A stretch of DNA of 60,508 bases from Rubrobacteraceae bacterium. GTDB lineage: Bacteria; Actinomycetota; Rubrobacteria; Rubrobacterales; Rubrobacteraceae. The notes under the pieces were generated by a model. That model had not been told where the DNA came from, did no database searches, and worked only from the letters and a program-made list of their open reading frames with translations. The stretch lies in assembly GCA_035689095.1 (NCBI GenBank), contig DASSMB010000195.1, forward strand, positions 1 to 60,508. The letters run 5' to 3'. The translations under genes and the position numbers were made by a program. Numbering within the stretch: position 1 is the first letter of the stretch; every line of letters starts with the position of its first letter. Shown one piece after another: positions 1-10,206 of this stretch.

Positions 1-194
1 GCTCACAGGACGATATTATCCGACGAATACACGCTCCTGCACCGCTACTGCACGTAATTACCGGCAAGTCGAAGCAATCAATGCCTGTCAGAGTGGCGCT
101 GTTCACAATGGAGACTCGACGCTATATGCTCGCTGCATATACTCTGGCCCGCACTATCGAAGTCACATTACTTTAGAGACGGAGGCGATACTCG

Positions 195-374
195 ATGAAG
201 GAAGCGCTTTACGGCATATCGTTGCGCAAAACGGAGAAGTATGAGGATCTCGCGCGGCGGGCTCAGGAGTCCGACGACCAGGAGCTGGCCGAGTTCTTCG
301 ACCGGATAGGCGAGGAGGACCATCGGCTGGCAGAGGAAGCCCGGCGGCTGCTCGCCCAGCGGGTGGCCGAGTAA
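195..374 (+). CDS. small hypothetical helical/acidic protein (59 aa, below the ORF-track cutoff)
   Basis: ATG at 195 with 'gacGGAGGcg' upstream. Reads MKEALYGISLRKTEKYEDLARRAQESDDQELAEFFDRIGEEDHRLAEEARRLLAQRVAE, stop TAA 372-374. GC-rich third positions, unlike nt 1-190. Confidence 0.35.
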   Translation: MKEALYGISLRKTEKYEDLARRAQESDDQELAEFFDRIGEEDHRLAEEARRLLAQRVAE

Positions 375-406
375 CACCGAAGAGTCACAGAGGGAGGTCA
401 AGAGGC

Positions 407-1108
407 ATGAGGATAGCATTCATCGGCCCGCCCGGAGCGGGCAAGAGCACCCAGGCGAAGCGGCTCGCGCGGTCGCTTCCCCACTGGAACACGAGTCCCA
501 GGCTCTCCACCGGGGAGCTGGTGCGAGCGCAGATAGAGGCGGGGACGGATCTGGGCCGCGAGTTGGAGGAGCGGTATGAGCGTGGTGAGAGGGTCCCGAA
601 CGAGACGATCCTCTCGCTCGTGCTGCCGCGGGTGAGGAGGTCTGGAGGTTGGATCCTGGACAACTTCCCCGCTGATGTAGCTCAGGCGAAGGCGCTGGAC
701 GAAGAGATCGAAGAGCGCGGCGCCGGGGGTATCTCCCGCGTCATCTCCCTGGAAGGTCCATCCGAGGAGGAGTTGATCCGGCGCGTCCTCGGCGGCCGGG
801 TCACCAGCCGGGCCACGGGCGAGGTCTACCACCTCCAGAACGACCCGCCGCCCGAAGAGCGCGAGAGACAGGACCCCGGCCCCTTCGAAAAGCGCGGCGA
901 TGATACGGAAGAGTCCCTGAAGAGGAACATGGTAGCCTACCGGCGCGAGGCCGCAGCGCTCAAGGAATACTACGAAGCGCGGGGCGTGCTCTCCGTCGTG
1001 GACGCCCGGAGATCCATGGACGAAGTAGCCGAGGAGGTCCTGGAAGCTCTCGGACATCCCGAGCGGTCAGAGTTCTACGCAGCCCTGCGTAAAAGCAAGA
1101 CAGCGTAG
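407..1108 (+). CDS. adk: adenylate kinase
   Basis: P-loop GPPGAGKST, NMP-binding 'LSTGELVRA', 'ILDNFP', and a long Cys-free LID segment. GGAGG-type RBS before ATG 407. Confidence 0.85.
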   Translation: MRIAFIGPPGAGKSTQAKRLARSLPHWNTSPRLSTGELVRAQIEAGTDLGRELEERYERGERVPNETILSLVLPRVRRSGGWILDNFPADVAQAKALDEEIEERGAGGISRVISLEGPSEEELIRRVLGGRVTSRATGEVYHLQNDPPPEERERQDPGPFEKRGDDTEESLKRNMVAYRREAAALKEYYEARGVLSVVDARRSMDEVAEEVLEALGHPERSEFYAALRKSKTA

Positions 1109-1130
1109 AGAGAGCTGCTGGATCCTCCCG

Positions 1131-2228
1131 TCATCGAGGAGGTTCGACGCGGGAGATCCGCCAGTAAACCACCCCGCGTCCGCGCGTCACAGCATCCCGA
1201 ACGTCGAGGCGCGGCGCGGGTAGCGGGAGACGCCGCTCCACCACGTCTTCGGCGAGGCGCCGGTAGGTGTCCAGCCCCGCCGGCGTCTCGCCGATACCGG
1301 CGGTCAGCGCCACCAGCGCCGCCGTCCCGACGCCGGTCTCGTAGGCCGAGCTTATGACCGGCCGGGCGCCGATCTCTCGCGCCCGGCTCGCCATCCGCAG
1401 CGCTTGCGAGATGCCGCCGAGCAGGGTCGGCTTGATCACGACCGCGCCCGCGTAACCGTGCTCCACCAGCATCTCGGGAGCCATACCGGCCAGCGACTCG
1501 TCCAGCGCGACCGGAATACCACAGACGCTTGCGAATTCCTTTAGACCATCCGGGTCCGCGAGCGGCTCTTCGATGTACTCGATCCCCACCCCCTCTACGC
1601 CGCGAGCGAACCGCAAAACCTCCTCGAAATCCCAGGCCCGGTTCGCGTCCAGCCTCAGCGAAACACTCTCACCAATTACGCTTCGTACCTCGCGCACGAG
1701 ACTAATATCTTCCTCCACCGAAAGTCCGCCCACCTTCAGCTTTATGGCCTCGTAACCGGCGTCTTGCATCCGGCGAGCCTCTTGCAGGACTTCGGCGCGC
1801 GGTCCGGCAAGCAGCCCGTTCACGGACACGATGTCCCTCGGACTTGCCGAGACCAACTCTGGCAGCGTCACCTCGCTGGCCGCGGCATACAGGTTCCAGG
1901 CGGCCGCCTCAAGCCCGAAGCGTACGGAGGGAGCGGGGTTCGTGTCATCCAGCTCGCGGGCGAGAGTGCCGTCCGCGCGGGTCCAGGCGTCCTCCATATC
2001 CCGGCCAACCATCGCCGCCGCCAACCGGCGCAGCTCGCCAAGTGCGGCGCCCAGGCTCTCGCGGCTGAAGCCGGGGAGCGGCGAGGTCTCGCCCCATCCC
2101 ACGGCGCCGTCCTCGCCGGTCAGCCGCAGCAGGAGCCCCTCACGCCGGCGTAACGTCGCGCCCTTCAACATGAGCGGTCCGGTAAGCGGCAGGCTGTAGC
2201 GGTAGAGATCCGCGCCGGCGATCCTCAC
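1131..2228 (-). CDS. menC: o-succinylbenzoate synthase (enolase superfamily)
   Basis: MR/MLE-type motifs 'IKLKVG', 'LRLDANRAW', 'IEYIEEP', 'VALDES'. Sits immediately downstream of menB in the same strand. Confidence 0.8.
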   Translation of the reverse strand: MRIAGADLYRYSLPLTGPLMLKGATLRRREGLLLRLTGEDGAVGWGETSPLPGFSRESLGAALGELRRLAAAMVGRDMEDAWTRADGTLARELDDTNPAPSVRFGLEAAAWNLYAAASEVTLPELVSASPRDIVSVNGLLAGPRAEVLQEARRMQDAGYEAIKLKVGGLSVEEDISLVREVRSVIGESVSLRLDANRAWDFEEVLRFARGVEGVGIEYIEEPLADPDGLKEFASVCGIPVALDESLAGMAPEMLVEHGYAGAVVIKPTLLGGISQALRMASRAREIGARPVISSAYETGVGTAALVALTAGIGETPAGLDTYRRLAEDVVERRLPLPAPRLDVRDAVTRGRGVVYWRISRVEPPR

Positions 2229-2249
2229 AGTGCCGGTCTACCGCCGGGC

Positions 2250-3093
<844 letters not shown>

Positions 3094-3101
<8 letters not shown>

Positions 3102-3951
3102 GGAATGGATTATAGATATCTGACAGAAAACCTTTCAGTAAAGTCGTGTACGCTTCGCAAGCTTCGAGGCGCACGTTGTGCCCCGCGCAGGGAACAATAG
3201 CGGTCCTTACCTGTGGATTCGACTCCCGCATTCGGTGCGAGATCCCGGCGAACTTCCCGTCCAGCTCTCCCGCGACAGCGAGCATCGGAACGTCGAGTCC
3301 GGCAAGCTCTTTCCACAGCGACGGCTGGCTGCCCGTCCCCATCCCCCGCAAGGACTTCGCAAGCTCTCGCGGGTCGTTGCTCCTCCGCGCCTCGATAGTG
3401 CGCCGGAGCAGCTCTTTATCCCGCGCTAGCGACGCGAATAGTGGCTGGAGATACCAATCCCGAAGAAACTCGTCGAAGTCTCCCGTCTCCAGGCGCGCGG
3501 CGCGCCTCTCGTCCGCGATCCGGCGCTCCGTCCGCGCTTCCTCACTCTCCAGTCCCGGCGAAGCGGATTCCAGTAAGAGCCCGCCGTACCGCTCCGGGTA
3601 GCGCAGCGCGAGGTAGAGCGCCAGCCGCCCGCCCATCGAGTAGCCTACGAAAGCCGCCCGGTCTATCTCTAGCTCGTCCAGCACGTCCAGTACCATTCGC
3701 GCGGCGCTCTCAAAGGCGTACGACCCTGGAAGCAGGCCGACCGAACCACCATGTCCCGGCAGGTCCACGGATACGGAGAAGAACCTGTCTTCGAGGGCCG
3801 TCATTACGGCACGCCAGTCTTCGGAAGCTCCCATAAAGCCGTGCAGGAAGAGGACCGGGGGGCGTCCGGGATCTCCGCGCGACTCGTAGCGCAGCCGGGA
3901 GCCGGCCGGCAGGCTCACCCGGAGAGACGGGAGCGCAGGATCTTCTTCCAT
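3094..3951 (-). CDS. menH: SHCHC synthase-type alpha/beta hydrolase
   Basis: '[14 protein letters not shown]', nucleophile elbow 'GYSMGG', C-terminal 'CAGHNV'. Lies between menD/MOSC and menB. Start is uncertain: the track ORF opens at 4020, and the first plausible ATG (MEEDPAL) at 3951 still overlaps the MOSC 3' end by 37 nt. Confidence 0.7.
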
Positions 3952-4562
3952 CCATCGGCCAGCTCCGGGACTTCGAGAAGCCGTCGTGCCAGGGCCGGAT
4001 CGAAGCTCCCGTGCGCGCACTCGTTCACGAGACGCTGGGTGATGCCCGGGTTGGGCCGGTCCTCGATTCGCAGCTCATCCCCGGTACGCACCGTGCCCTC
4101 TTCGAGGACGCGCATGTAGAAACCCGTCCGCAGCGACTCCAGGGTGCGCCTGTGGAAGCCGGGCAGCCCTAGCTTCCGCTCCTGCTTCCAGCACGGGACT
4201 CGCGGTCCGCTAACCTGCACCCGCGAGGTACCGGCCGCGTACACGTCGCCCACGCAGATGCCGCTCTCATCGTCCCCGAACAGGGTCCAGTTCTCCCCCA
4301 CGCCGCCGGGTCCCACAGCGTCCTCGCCGGAGAGGCCGTAGAACTCGTTCCAGAAAGCGTAGTGACCCAGAGGATGGCAGCAGAGGGCCTGATCCGGCGT
4401 CCCGTGGTTCTTCGTGTCCGCTACCCGGTCTCCCTCCAGCCCGCGTACTGTGACCCTCACCTCGCCGTCTACCGGAGCGCGGAAGATCGCGGACCGCCAG
4501 GTCCCGCGCTCGTCGGTAATGGTCCGCGGTTCTCCGGTAAAGATAGAGTTAATCTTGATCAT
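3915..4562 (-). CDS. MOSC domain-containing protein (YiiM-like)
   Basis: 'GLEGDRVADTKNHGTPDQALCCHP' and 'SGPRVPCWK' (MOSC conserved Cys region). 215 aa. Confidence 0.8.
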   Translation of the reverse strand: MIKINSIFTGEPRTITDERGTWRSAIFRAPVDGEVRVTVRGLEGDRVADTKNHGTPDQALCCHPLGHYAFWNEFYGLSGEDAVGPGGVGENWTLFGDDESGICVGDVYAAGTSRVQVSGPRVPCWKQERKLGLPGFHRRTLESLRTGFYMRVLEEGTVRTGDELRIEDRPNPGITQRLVNECAHGSFDPALARRLLEVPELADGWKKILRSRLSG

Positions 4563-4601
4563 TGCCTCAACATAACCCCGAGGCGACGCTGAGGCAAGCC
4601 G

Positions 4602-6353
4602 CTAGACTCCGCCGTTCAGGTCTCTATGGATCTCCTCCACAAGCTCCCGGTGCAGCGCCACGTTCTCCTCCCGGTCGGTCTTCACTTCGATCAGTGTCGA
4701 GCTCCCGCGAGCGCAGGCCGCACGATAAGCCTTCACGAACTCCGTCCCTGTGCGCGGACTCTCGTAGCCGAGCCCGAACATCGTCGCCGCCGGGCCGAAC
4801 CCCACTCCCTGCGGTGTCCCGAAGTACGGCTCGAAGAACCCCCGGTGTCCCGCCACCGGCAGGAAAGAGAAGATACCACCGCCATCGTTGTTCACAACGA
4901 TCACGACCACCAGCGCGTCCCGGAGCATCGCCAGCGAGTTCAGGTCATGCAGCAACGCAAGGTCCCCGATGATGAGCGTAACGGGTGCGCCACGACCGCG
5001 AGCGAAGCCGGCAGCGGTTGCGACGGTGCCGTCTATGCCGCTCGCGCCCCGGTTCGCAGCAACCAGTACGCCGGCGCCGTCCGTCACCGCGAAGGTGTCG
5101 AGGTCCCGCACCGGCATACTACTCGCCGCGACGAGACCATGATCTTTGGGGACATGCCGCGAGACCAGGCGAGCCACGAGCGGCTCGCTCAGATCTTCCG
5201 TCTCCGGGAGAAGCTTATCAAGGCTCCGGCTCACCTTCCCGGAGGCTTCCCGCCATCCCGCAAGCCATCCGTGCTGCAGCGGGGAGACTCCATCGAATGC
5301 CGCGCAGAAGTCTACGATGTCCATCTCCACGCTTTGGGTAACGCGGTGGCCGGGATCCAGCCGGAACGGGTTCTCGCGCACGACGATGTACGGCTGCGGG
5401 CGGCTACGGGCGACGAGCTTTTCGAGACGTTTCGAGAGCGCGCGCCCCCCGATGTGCAGCACGGCTTCCGGCGCGTGCGCCTCCGCGAACGTCTCGCTCG
5501 CTAGCAAGGCGTCGTAGTGGGCGACCACGTTTCGGGACTCCGCGCCGAGCCGCGCCTGGGAGCCCACATCCGGCAGGAGCGGCCATCCCAGGGCTTCCGC
5601 CAGCTTTATCACGGACTCGCCCTGCGCGCGGGAAGTGAGACGCCCGGCGATCACCACCCCGCGCTCTACGGTCCGCAGCTCCTCCCGGATGCGCCTTACC
5701 TCCGTCTCATCCACGGCGGGCTTCGTAGCCGCGTAGCGCGTGTAGGGTACATTGCTCTCCCGCCACGATTCCGGTCCCGGCGGAGCTTCCGCCTCATCGC
5801 CAGGGTCCGGGAGAAAAGGTTCGCGGAACATCAGGTTGAGGTGGACGGGGCCGGACGGGGAGCGGCGAGAGCGGTAGACGGCCTGGTCCACGGTTGTCAG
5901 GACCATCGCGGGGTCTATCGCCGGGTCCGGGGCGGGGAGGTCGAAGCGCCAGCGGACGTAGTCGCCGAAGATGTCGGGCTGGTCTATCGTCTGGTTGGCG
6001 CCGGTCTGGCGCAGTTCGGGCGGGCGGTCGGCGGTCAGCAGGATCATCGGCGCGCCGTCCACGGAGGCCTCCACCACGGCGGGCAGGCCGTTTGCTACGG
6101 CGGTGCCGGAGGTCGTGATCCAGGCCGCCGGGCTCCCGGTCGCCCGCGCGTATCCGAGAGCGGCGAACGCCGTGCCGCGTTCGTCGAAGTGTATTAGCGA
6201 ACGGGCCCGGTCGTTCTCGGCGAGCGCCGCGACGAGCGGTGTGGAGCGCGAGCCCGGCGCGACGCAGAAGAGCCCCACGCCGCAGCGCGCGAGCTCCTCG
6301 ACGATCAGGGCCGCCCAGAGGCGGTTAAGGTGCGGCGTGCTCTTCGGGGTCAA
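4602..6353 (-). CDS. menD: SEPHCHC synthase (ThDP-dependent)
   Basis: 'NRLWAALIVEELARCGV..FCVAPGSRSTPL', 'GASGIDG', 'IGDLALLHDLNSL'. 583 aa. Confidence 0.95.
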   Translation of the reverse strand: MTPKSTPHLNRLWAALIVEELARCGVGLFCVAPGSRSTPLVAALAENDRARSLIHFDERGTAFAALGYARATGSPAAWITTSGTAVANGLPAVVEASVDGAPMILLTADRPPELRQTGANQTIDQPDIFGDYVRWRFDLPAPDPAIDPAMVLTTVDQAVYRSRRSPSGPVHLNLMFREPFLPDPGDEAEAPPGPESWRESNVPYTRYAATKPAVDETEVRRIREELRTVERGVVIAGRLTSRAQGESVIKLAEALGWPLLPDVGSQARLGAESRNVVAHYDALLASETFAEAHAPEAVLHIGGRALSKRLEKLVARSRPQPYIVVRENPFRLDPGHRVTQSVEMDIVDFCAAFDGVSPLQHGWLAGWREASGKVSRSLDKLLPETEDLSEPLVARLVSRHVPKDHGLVAASSMPVRDLDTFAVTDGAGVLVAANRGASGIDGTVATAAGFARGRGAPVTLIIGDLALLHDLNSLAMLRDALVVVIVVNNDGGGIFSFLPVAGHRGFFEPYFGTPQGVGFGPAATMFGLGYESPRTGTEFVKAYRAACARGSSTLIEVKTDREENVALHRELVEEIHRDLNGGV

Positions 6354-7734
6354 GCCCGAACACCCTGGTGAAGTCCCCGATCTTCTGCTCGATCTCCGCC
6401 CACTCTCCTTCCGGAGTAGATCCGGCGACGGCCCCCGCCCCAGAGTAGAGCGAGACCCTGCTGCCCCGCACGAGCCCGGACCGTATCCCGACGGCGAACT
6501 CGGCCCCGTCGGCCCCGATCCATCCGATAGCCCCCGCGTACCATCCGCGGTCGAAGGGTTCGAGCTTCCGTATCTCTTCCAGCGCCACGTTCTTCGGGTA
6601 GCCGCCGACGGCTGGCGTCGGGTGCAGCTTCGCGAGCACCTCCGCGTCCGTGACGCCCTCGCGCAGCGTGCCCCGGATCTTCGACACCAGATGCCGCCCC
6701 CGGGCCAGCTTCATCTCCGACGGATGGTCTTCGATCTCCAGCTCCGCGCACAGCGGCCCCAGGGTCTCCTCGATGCTGATCCGGACATAAGAATGCTCGG
6801 CCTGGTCCTTCACGCTCCGCAGTAGCTCGTCCCGCAACTCATCATCGTCGGCTACGGAAGCGCCGCGGGGCCTCGTACCGGCCACGGCCTCGCTCGTGAT
6901 CCCGCGTCCCTCCCGCCGGAAGAGCCGCTCCGGCGACGCCCCCACGAACGCCGCTCCCCCCTCTGGCTCAACCAGGAAGTGAAAGCAGCCGGGCGTCGCC
7001 TCCCGCAGGCTCGCCACCAGCGCGACCGCGTCCACGTCCTCCTCGAACGCGAACTCGGCCCGGCGCGCGAGAACGACCTTATCCATCCTCCCCGCCGCGA
7101 AAGCGGCGAGCGCCGACTCTATATTCTCCCTCCACCCCTCGCGGTCCGGGCTGTCGGCGCGCGAGACGGGCGCCGGCAGGGAACCGGCGAGCCGGGGCCC
7201 CTTCAGCGGCAGGTTTTCGATCTCGTAAAGTAAATCTCCGGCTTTCTCAAGATCGCGCGGCAGGACGAGGTTGCATGCCAGCGTCGAAACGCCATCCCGG
7301 CGGCGCAACTCGAAGCGCGGCAGGACGAAGCGGCGAGCTCCGAACACCTGCCATTCTTCGCTCACTTCAGAGCCCGCATCGAAACTCAGCCCGCCGTAGT
7401 AGCGAGCATTCGCCGCCTCCGGCGACAGCAGAGCGAGCCGATCGGTCAGCTCATCAACATCCGCCGGTCTCTCCCCTTCCACGACATCCGCAACTCCGAC
7501 GGCGGCCACGCTGATCTCGTCCTCGCGTCCCGACCAGAAGGACCTCGGCCGCATCGTTTGCGCGCCGAGCCACCGCAGCGGGTCAAGGTCTCCGGCGGGT
7601 ACCTCCAGCCGCAAGACCCTCTCACCCCGCTGGAGGCCGGTGTTCAGCGCGAGAGCCCGGCTCACGGCGTCCGCAAGCGTCCACCGGACGTCAGTCCTCT
7701 CGAATACGGAGTCCCTGATATACCTACTCAGCAA
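6325..7734 (-). CDS. menF: isochorismate synthase
   Basis: Chorismate-binding motifs 'SPERLF', 'AGTRPRG', 'LHPTPAVGGYP', 'RGWYAGAIGW'. Its 3' end overlaps the menD start by 29 nt. Confidence 0.85.
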   Translation of the reverse strand: MLSRYIRDSVFERTDVRWTLADAVSRALALNTGLQRGERVLRLEVPAGDLDPLRWLGAQTMRPRSFWSGREDEISVAAVGVADVVEGERPADVDELTDRLALLSPEAANARYYGGLSFDAGSEVSEEWQVFGARRFVLPRFELRRRDGVSTLACNLVLPRDLEKAGDLLYEIENLPLKGPRLAGSLPAPVSRADSPDREGWRENIESALAAFAAGRMDKVVLARRAEFAFEEDVDAVALVASLREATPGCFHFLVEPEGGAAFVGASPERLFRREGRGITSEAVAGTRPRGASVADDDELRDELLRSVKDQAEHSYVRISIEETLGPLCAELEIEDHPSEMKLARGRHLVSKIRGTLREGVTDAEVLAKLHPTPAVGGYPKNVALEEIRKLEPFDRGWYAGAIGWIGADGAEFAVGIRSGLVRGSRVSLYSGAGAVAGSTPEGEWAEIEQKIGDFTRVFGLDPEEHAAP

Positions 7735-7822
7735 GCTGGAGTATCCAGGGCGTCTTGTAAGGGATCCATTTCATCTTGATCCGTAGTGTATCAAGGTGCG
7801 TATGAAGGTTTAGCGGCTTCGC

Positions 7823-9283
7823 TCACATTCCGGGGCGCGGCTCGTGCAGGCGGGGATAGATCTCGCGGTACCGCGCATACGCCGCTTCGTACTCACCACT
7901 CTCTTCACCGGGACGCACGACCTCTCCTGTCGTATCTCCGGGCGTAACAATATCCTCCACCCTGAGTGCGCCGGAGGCGAGCCCGGCCAGTATCGCCGCG
8001 CCGCGGGCGGAGGCGACGGAGGCAACATTCTCGGGGAGCAGGCGCAGCGGGCGGCCGAGCACGTCGGCCAGGAGTTGCCGCCAGGGTTTACGGGCCGTTC
8101 CTCCACCGGCGAGACGCAGCTCCGGGATGCCGGCGCCGGTCTCCTCCAGGGCTTCGAGACCCTCGCGCAGCGCGAAGGCCACGCCTTCCAGCGCCGCGCG
8201 CAGCAGGTGGCCGCGGGTATGGTCGAGTCCGAGACCGGTCCAGGTCCCGCGGGCACTAGGATCGAAGCGCGGCGTCCGCTCCCCGCTGAGGTACGGCAGG
8301 AACGCGACGCCTCCGGCTCCCGGCGGAACGGCAAAGGCTTCCTCGTAGACCTCATCCCAGCCAGCGCCAAGCACGCGACGAGCCCACTCCAGCGCGAGTC
8401 CGGCGTTCTGGATGGCCGCCATCGCGTACCATCCCGTATCTGTCGCCGCGCGGTACAGGTGCGTCCGCTCGTGAGGATCCGGTTCAGGACGTTCTCTCGG
8501 GACCACGATCTGTCCCCCCGTCCCCACGGTGAGCTGCGCGACTCCAGATCTCATCAATCCGCTCCCCAGCATCGCCGCCGCCGTATCCGCCGCGCCGGCC
8601 GCGACCGGGATTTCCGCCCCGATTCCCAACGCTTCCGCGGCCTCTCGCGAGAGAGGCCCGGCGACGCTCCCGGACGGTACGAGCGGAGCCAGCAACTCAT
8701 CCCGCAGCCCGAGAGCTTCTACCACCTCGTAAGCCCATCCGTCGCCTTCCAGGTCGTAGAGCAGGGTAGCCGAGGCGTCGGACGGCTCGGCGGCTGCCTC
8801 GCCTGTCAGCCGCAGGCGCAGCCAGTCCTTCGGCTGCAGCGCCCACCGGGCCCGAGCATAAACATCCGGCTCGTGGTCGCGCAGCCACAAGAGACTCGGC
8901 CCGGCCATCCCGGTGGCGGCGGGGTTGGCAAGCCTCCGGCGCAGGTCATCGCCGAGAGCCTGATAGACAGTGAGTTGCTCCGCCGAGCGGGTGTCGGCCC
9001 AGAGTATCGCCTGCCGGAGAGGCCGGCCTCCGGCTTCGGAGAGGACGACCCCGTGCATCTGGCCGGAGAGACCGATCGCCCGCACCTCCCCGCCGCGTTC
9101 CCCGATAGCGGTCCTGGTGGCCCGGATGACGCCGTTCCACCACTCTTCCGGATCCGTCTCCGCCCATCCGGAGCGCGGCGCCAGGACATCGTACGGTGCG
9201 GAGCCTTCGCCAAGTACTTCCCTCTCCGAGGAGAGCAAGAGCGCTTTTACGGAACCGGTGCCGAGGTCCAGGCCGAGTAGCAT
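7823..9283 (-). CDS. xylB: FGGY-family carbohydrate kinase (xylulokinase-like)
   Basis: 'LLGLDLGTGSVKALL', 'GLSGQMHG', 'LAGGGTARKPWRQLLADVLG'. 486 aa. No xylose isomerase is adjacent, so substrate is uncertain. Confidence 0.75.
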   Translation of the reverse strand: MLLGLDLGTGSVKALLLSSEREVLGEGSAPYDVLAPRSGWAETDPEEWWNGVIRATRTAIGERGGEVRAIGLSGQMHGVVLSEAGGRPLRQAILWADTRSAEQLTVYQALGDDLRRRLANPAATGMAGPSLLWLRDHEPDVYARARWALQPKDWLRLRLTGEAAAEPSDASATLLYDLEGDGWAYEVVEALGLRDELLAPLVPSGSVAGPLSREAAEALGIGAEIPVAAGAADTAAAMLGSGLMRSGVAQLTVGTGGQIVVPRERPEPDPHERTHLYRAATDTGWYAMAAIQNAGLALEWARRVLGAGWDEVYEEAFAVPPGAGGVAFLPYLSGERTPRFDPSARGTWTGLGLDHTRGHLLRAALEGVAFALREGLEALEETGAGIPELRLAGGGTARKPWRQLLADVLGRPLRLLPENVASVASARGAAILAGLASGALRVEDIVTPGDTTGEVVRPGEESGEYEAAYARYREIYPRLHEPRPGM

Positions 9284-9411
9284 GCCAGCGATTAGAAGAG
9301 GCGCGGGACCGTCCCGCGACCCGGCCGGAGTGTGAACCCATAAACCACGATACCGGCAACGTTAGCAGCCCCCCACGTCACAGGCCACCGAAGAGCCCGG
9401 ACCGAAACGCC

Positions 9412-9450
9412 GAGAGGGACGGAGCCTGTAACTTGCGCTCCGTCCCTCTC
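9412..9450 (-). terminator. strong hairpin downstream of the sortase pair
   Basis: Perfect 14-bp stem GAGAGGGACGGAGC / GCTCCGTCCCTCTC around an 11-nt loop, 22 nt past the sortase stop. Weak U-tract, so it may be a stabiliser rather than a classic intrinsic terminator. Confidence 0.5.
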
Positions 9451-9471
9451 GTGTCCATCTGCCCTGCGGCG

Positions 9472-10113
9472 TTACGCCTTGACGTCCTCCAGTTCGGCCT
9501 GGACGATGACCCGGTTCGAGTAGTCCGGGAGCGTGCAGGCCTGCAGGCTTACGATGTTCTTTCCCTTCACCGGGTTGAGCACGTAAAGGTCGGTCGGTTT
9601 GACGACCATCGTCTTGAAGACCTTGTAGGTGTACTTCTGACCGTCGGCGTCGGTCAGGTAGATCTGGTCGCCATCCTTTAGCTTGTCGATATCGTAGAAG
9701 GCGAGATAGCTGCCGGTGCCGGAGTAACCGAGGCGATGTCCCGCGATGTAGACATTAGCCTCCTTCTCCCAGGGATTTCCGGTGCCCTTCAAATGTATCG
9801 CGGCGTTCTCCCGGAGCAACGCCTCATCCGTGCCCTCGCCAACGGGGATCTTGCGGTCCTTGATCCGCTCCATCTTGGGGATGGTGAGCTTGAGGGTCGG
9901 ATCGGACGGTACCCTGGCGATGTCCTCCACCTTCTTGCCGGACTTCTCGTCGCCCTTCTTCGGGGCCACCTGCTGGTCCTTGGCCTGCTCCGACATCTTC
10001 TTGTCGGCCTGGCTGTCAGCCTGGCCGAACGAACCGCACGCGGCGAGCCCCGCCACCATCACTAGAACCGTCAGCATCAGCGCAAATTTCCTCAAACCCA
10101 CCTCACACATCAA
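9472..10113 (-). CDS. sortase-fold transpeptidase (class E/F-like) with lipoprotein-type signal
   Basis: Sortase triad context: 'YIAGHR' (His), 'VSLQACT' (TLxTC-like Cys), 'YSNRVIVQAEL' (Arg). N-terminal 'LVMVAGLAAC' lipobox. Confidence 0.8.
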   Translation of the reverse strand: MMCEVGLRKFALMLTVLVMVAGLAACGSFGQADSQADKKMSEQAKDQQVAPKKGDEKSGKKVEDIARVPSDPTLKLTIPKMERIKDRKIPVGEGTDEALLRENAAIHLKGTGNPWEKEANVYIAGHRLGYSGTGSYLAFYDIDKLKDGDQIYLTDADGQKYTYKVFKTMVVKPTDLYVLNPVKGKNIVSLQACTLPDYSNRVIVQAELEDVKA

Positions 10114-10206
10114 CCCTCACTGGCCTTTAGTAAATCGCAAAACCGGGACCGCCTCACGCGGAGACGATCCCGGCTCGATAGCATCCTCTGCGTCCGCCTC
10201 CTATCC

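Noticed and set aside
168-1057. Minus-strand ORFs 168-419, 385-663 and 398-1057 overlapping the small ORF and adk.
   Set aside because: No RBS and no motifs. The plus strand encodes a textbook adenylate kinase.
7844-9280. 478-aa plus-strand ORF covering the whole FGGY kinase gene in antisense.
   Set aside because: The translation is Arg/Gly/Pro-rich with no recognisable motifs. The opposite strand gives a clean FGGY kinase. This is a typical high-GC antisense open frame.
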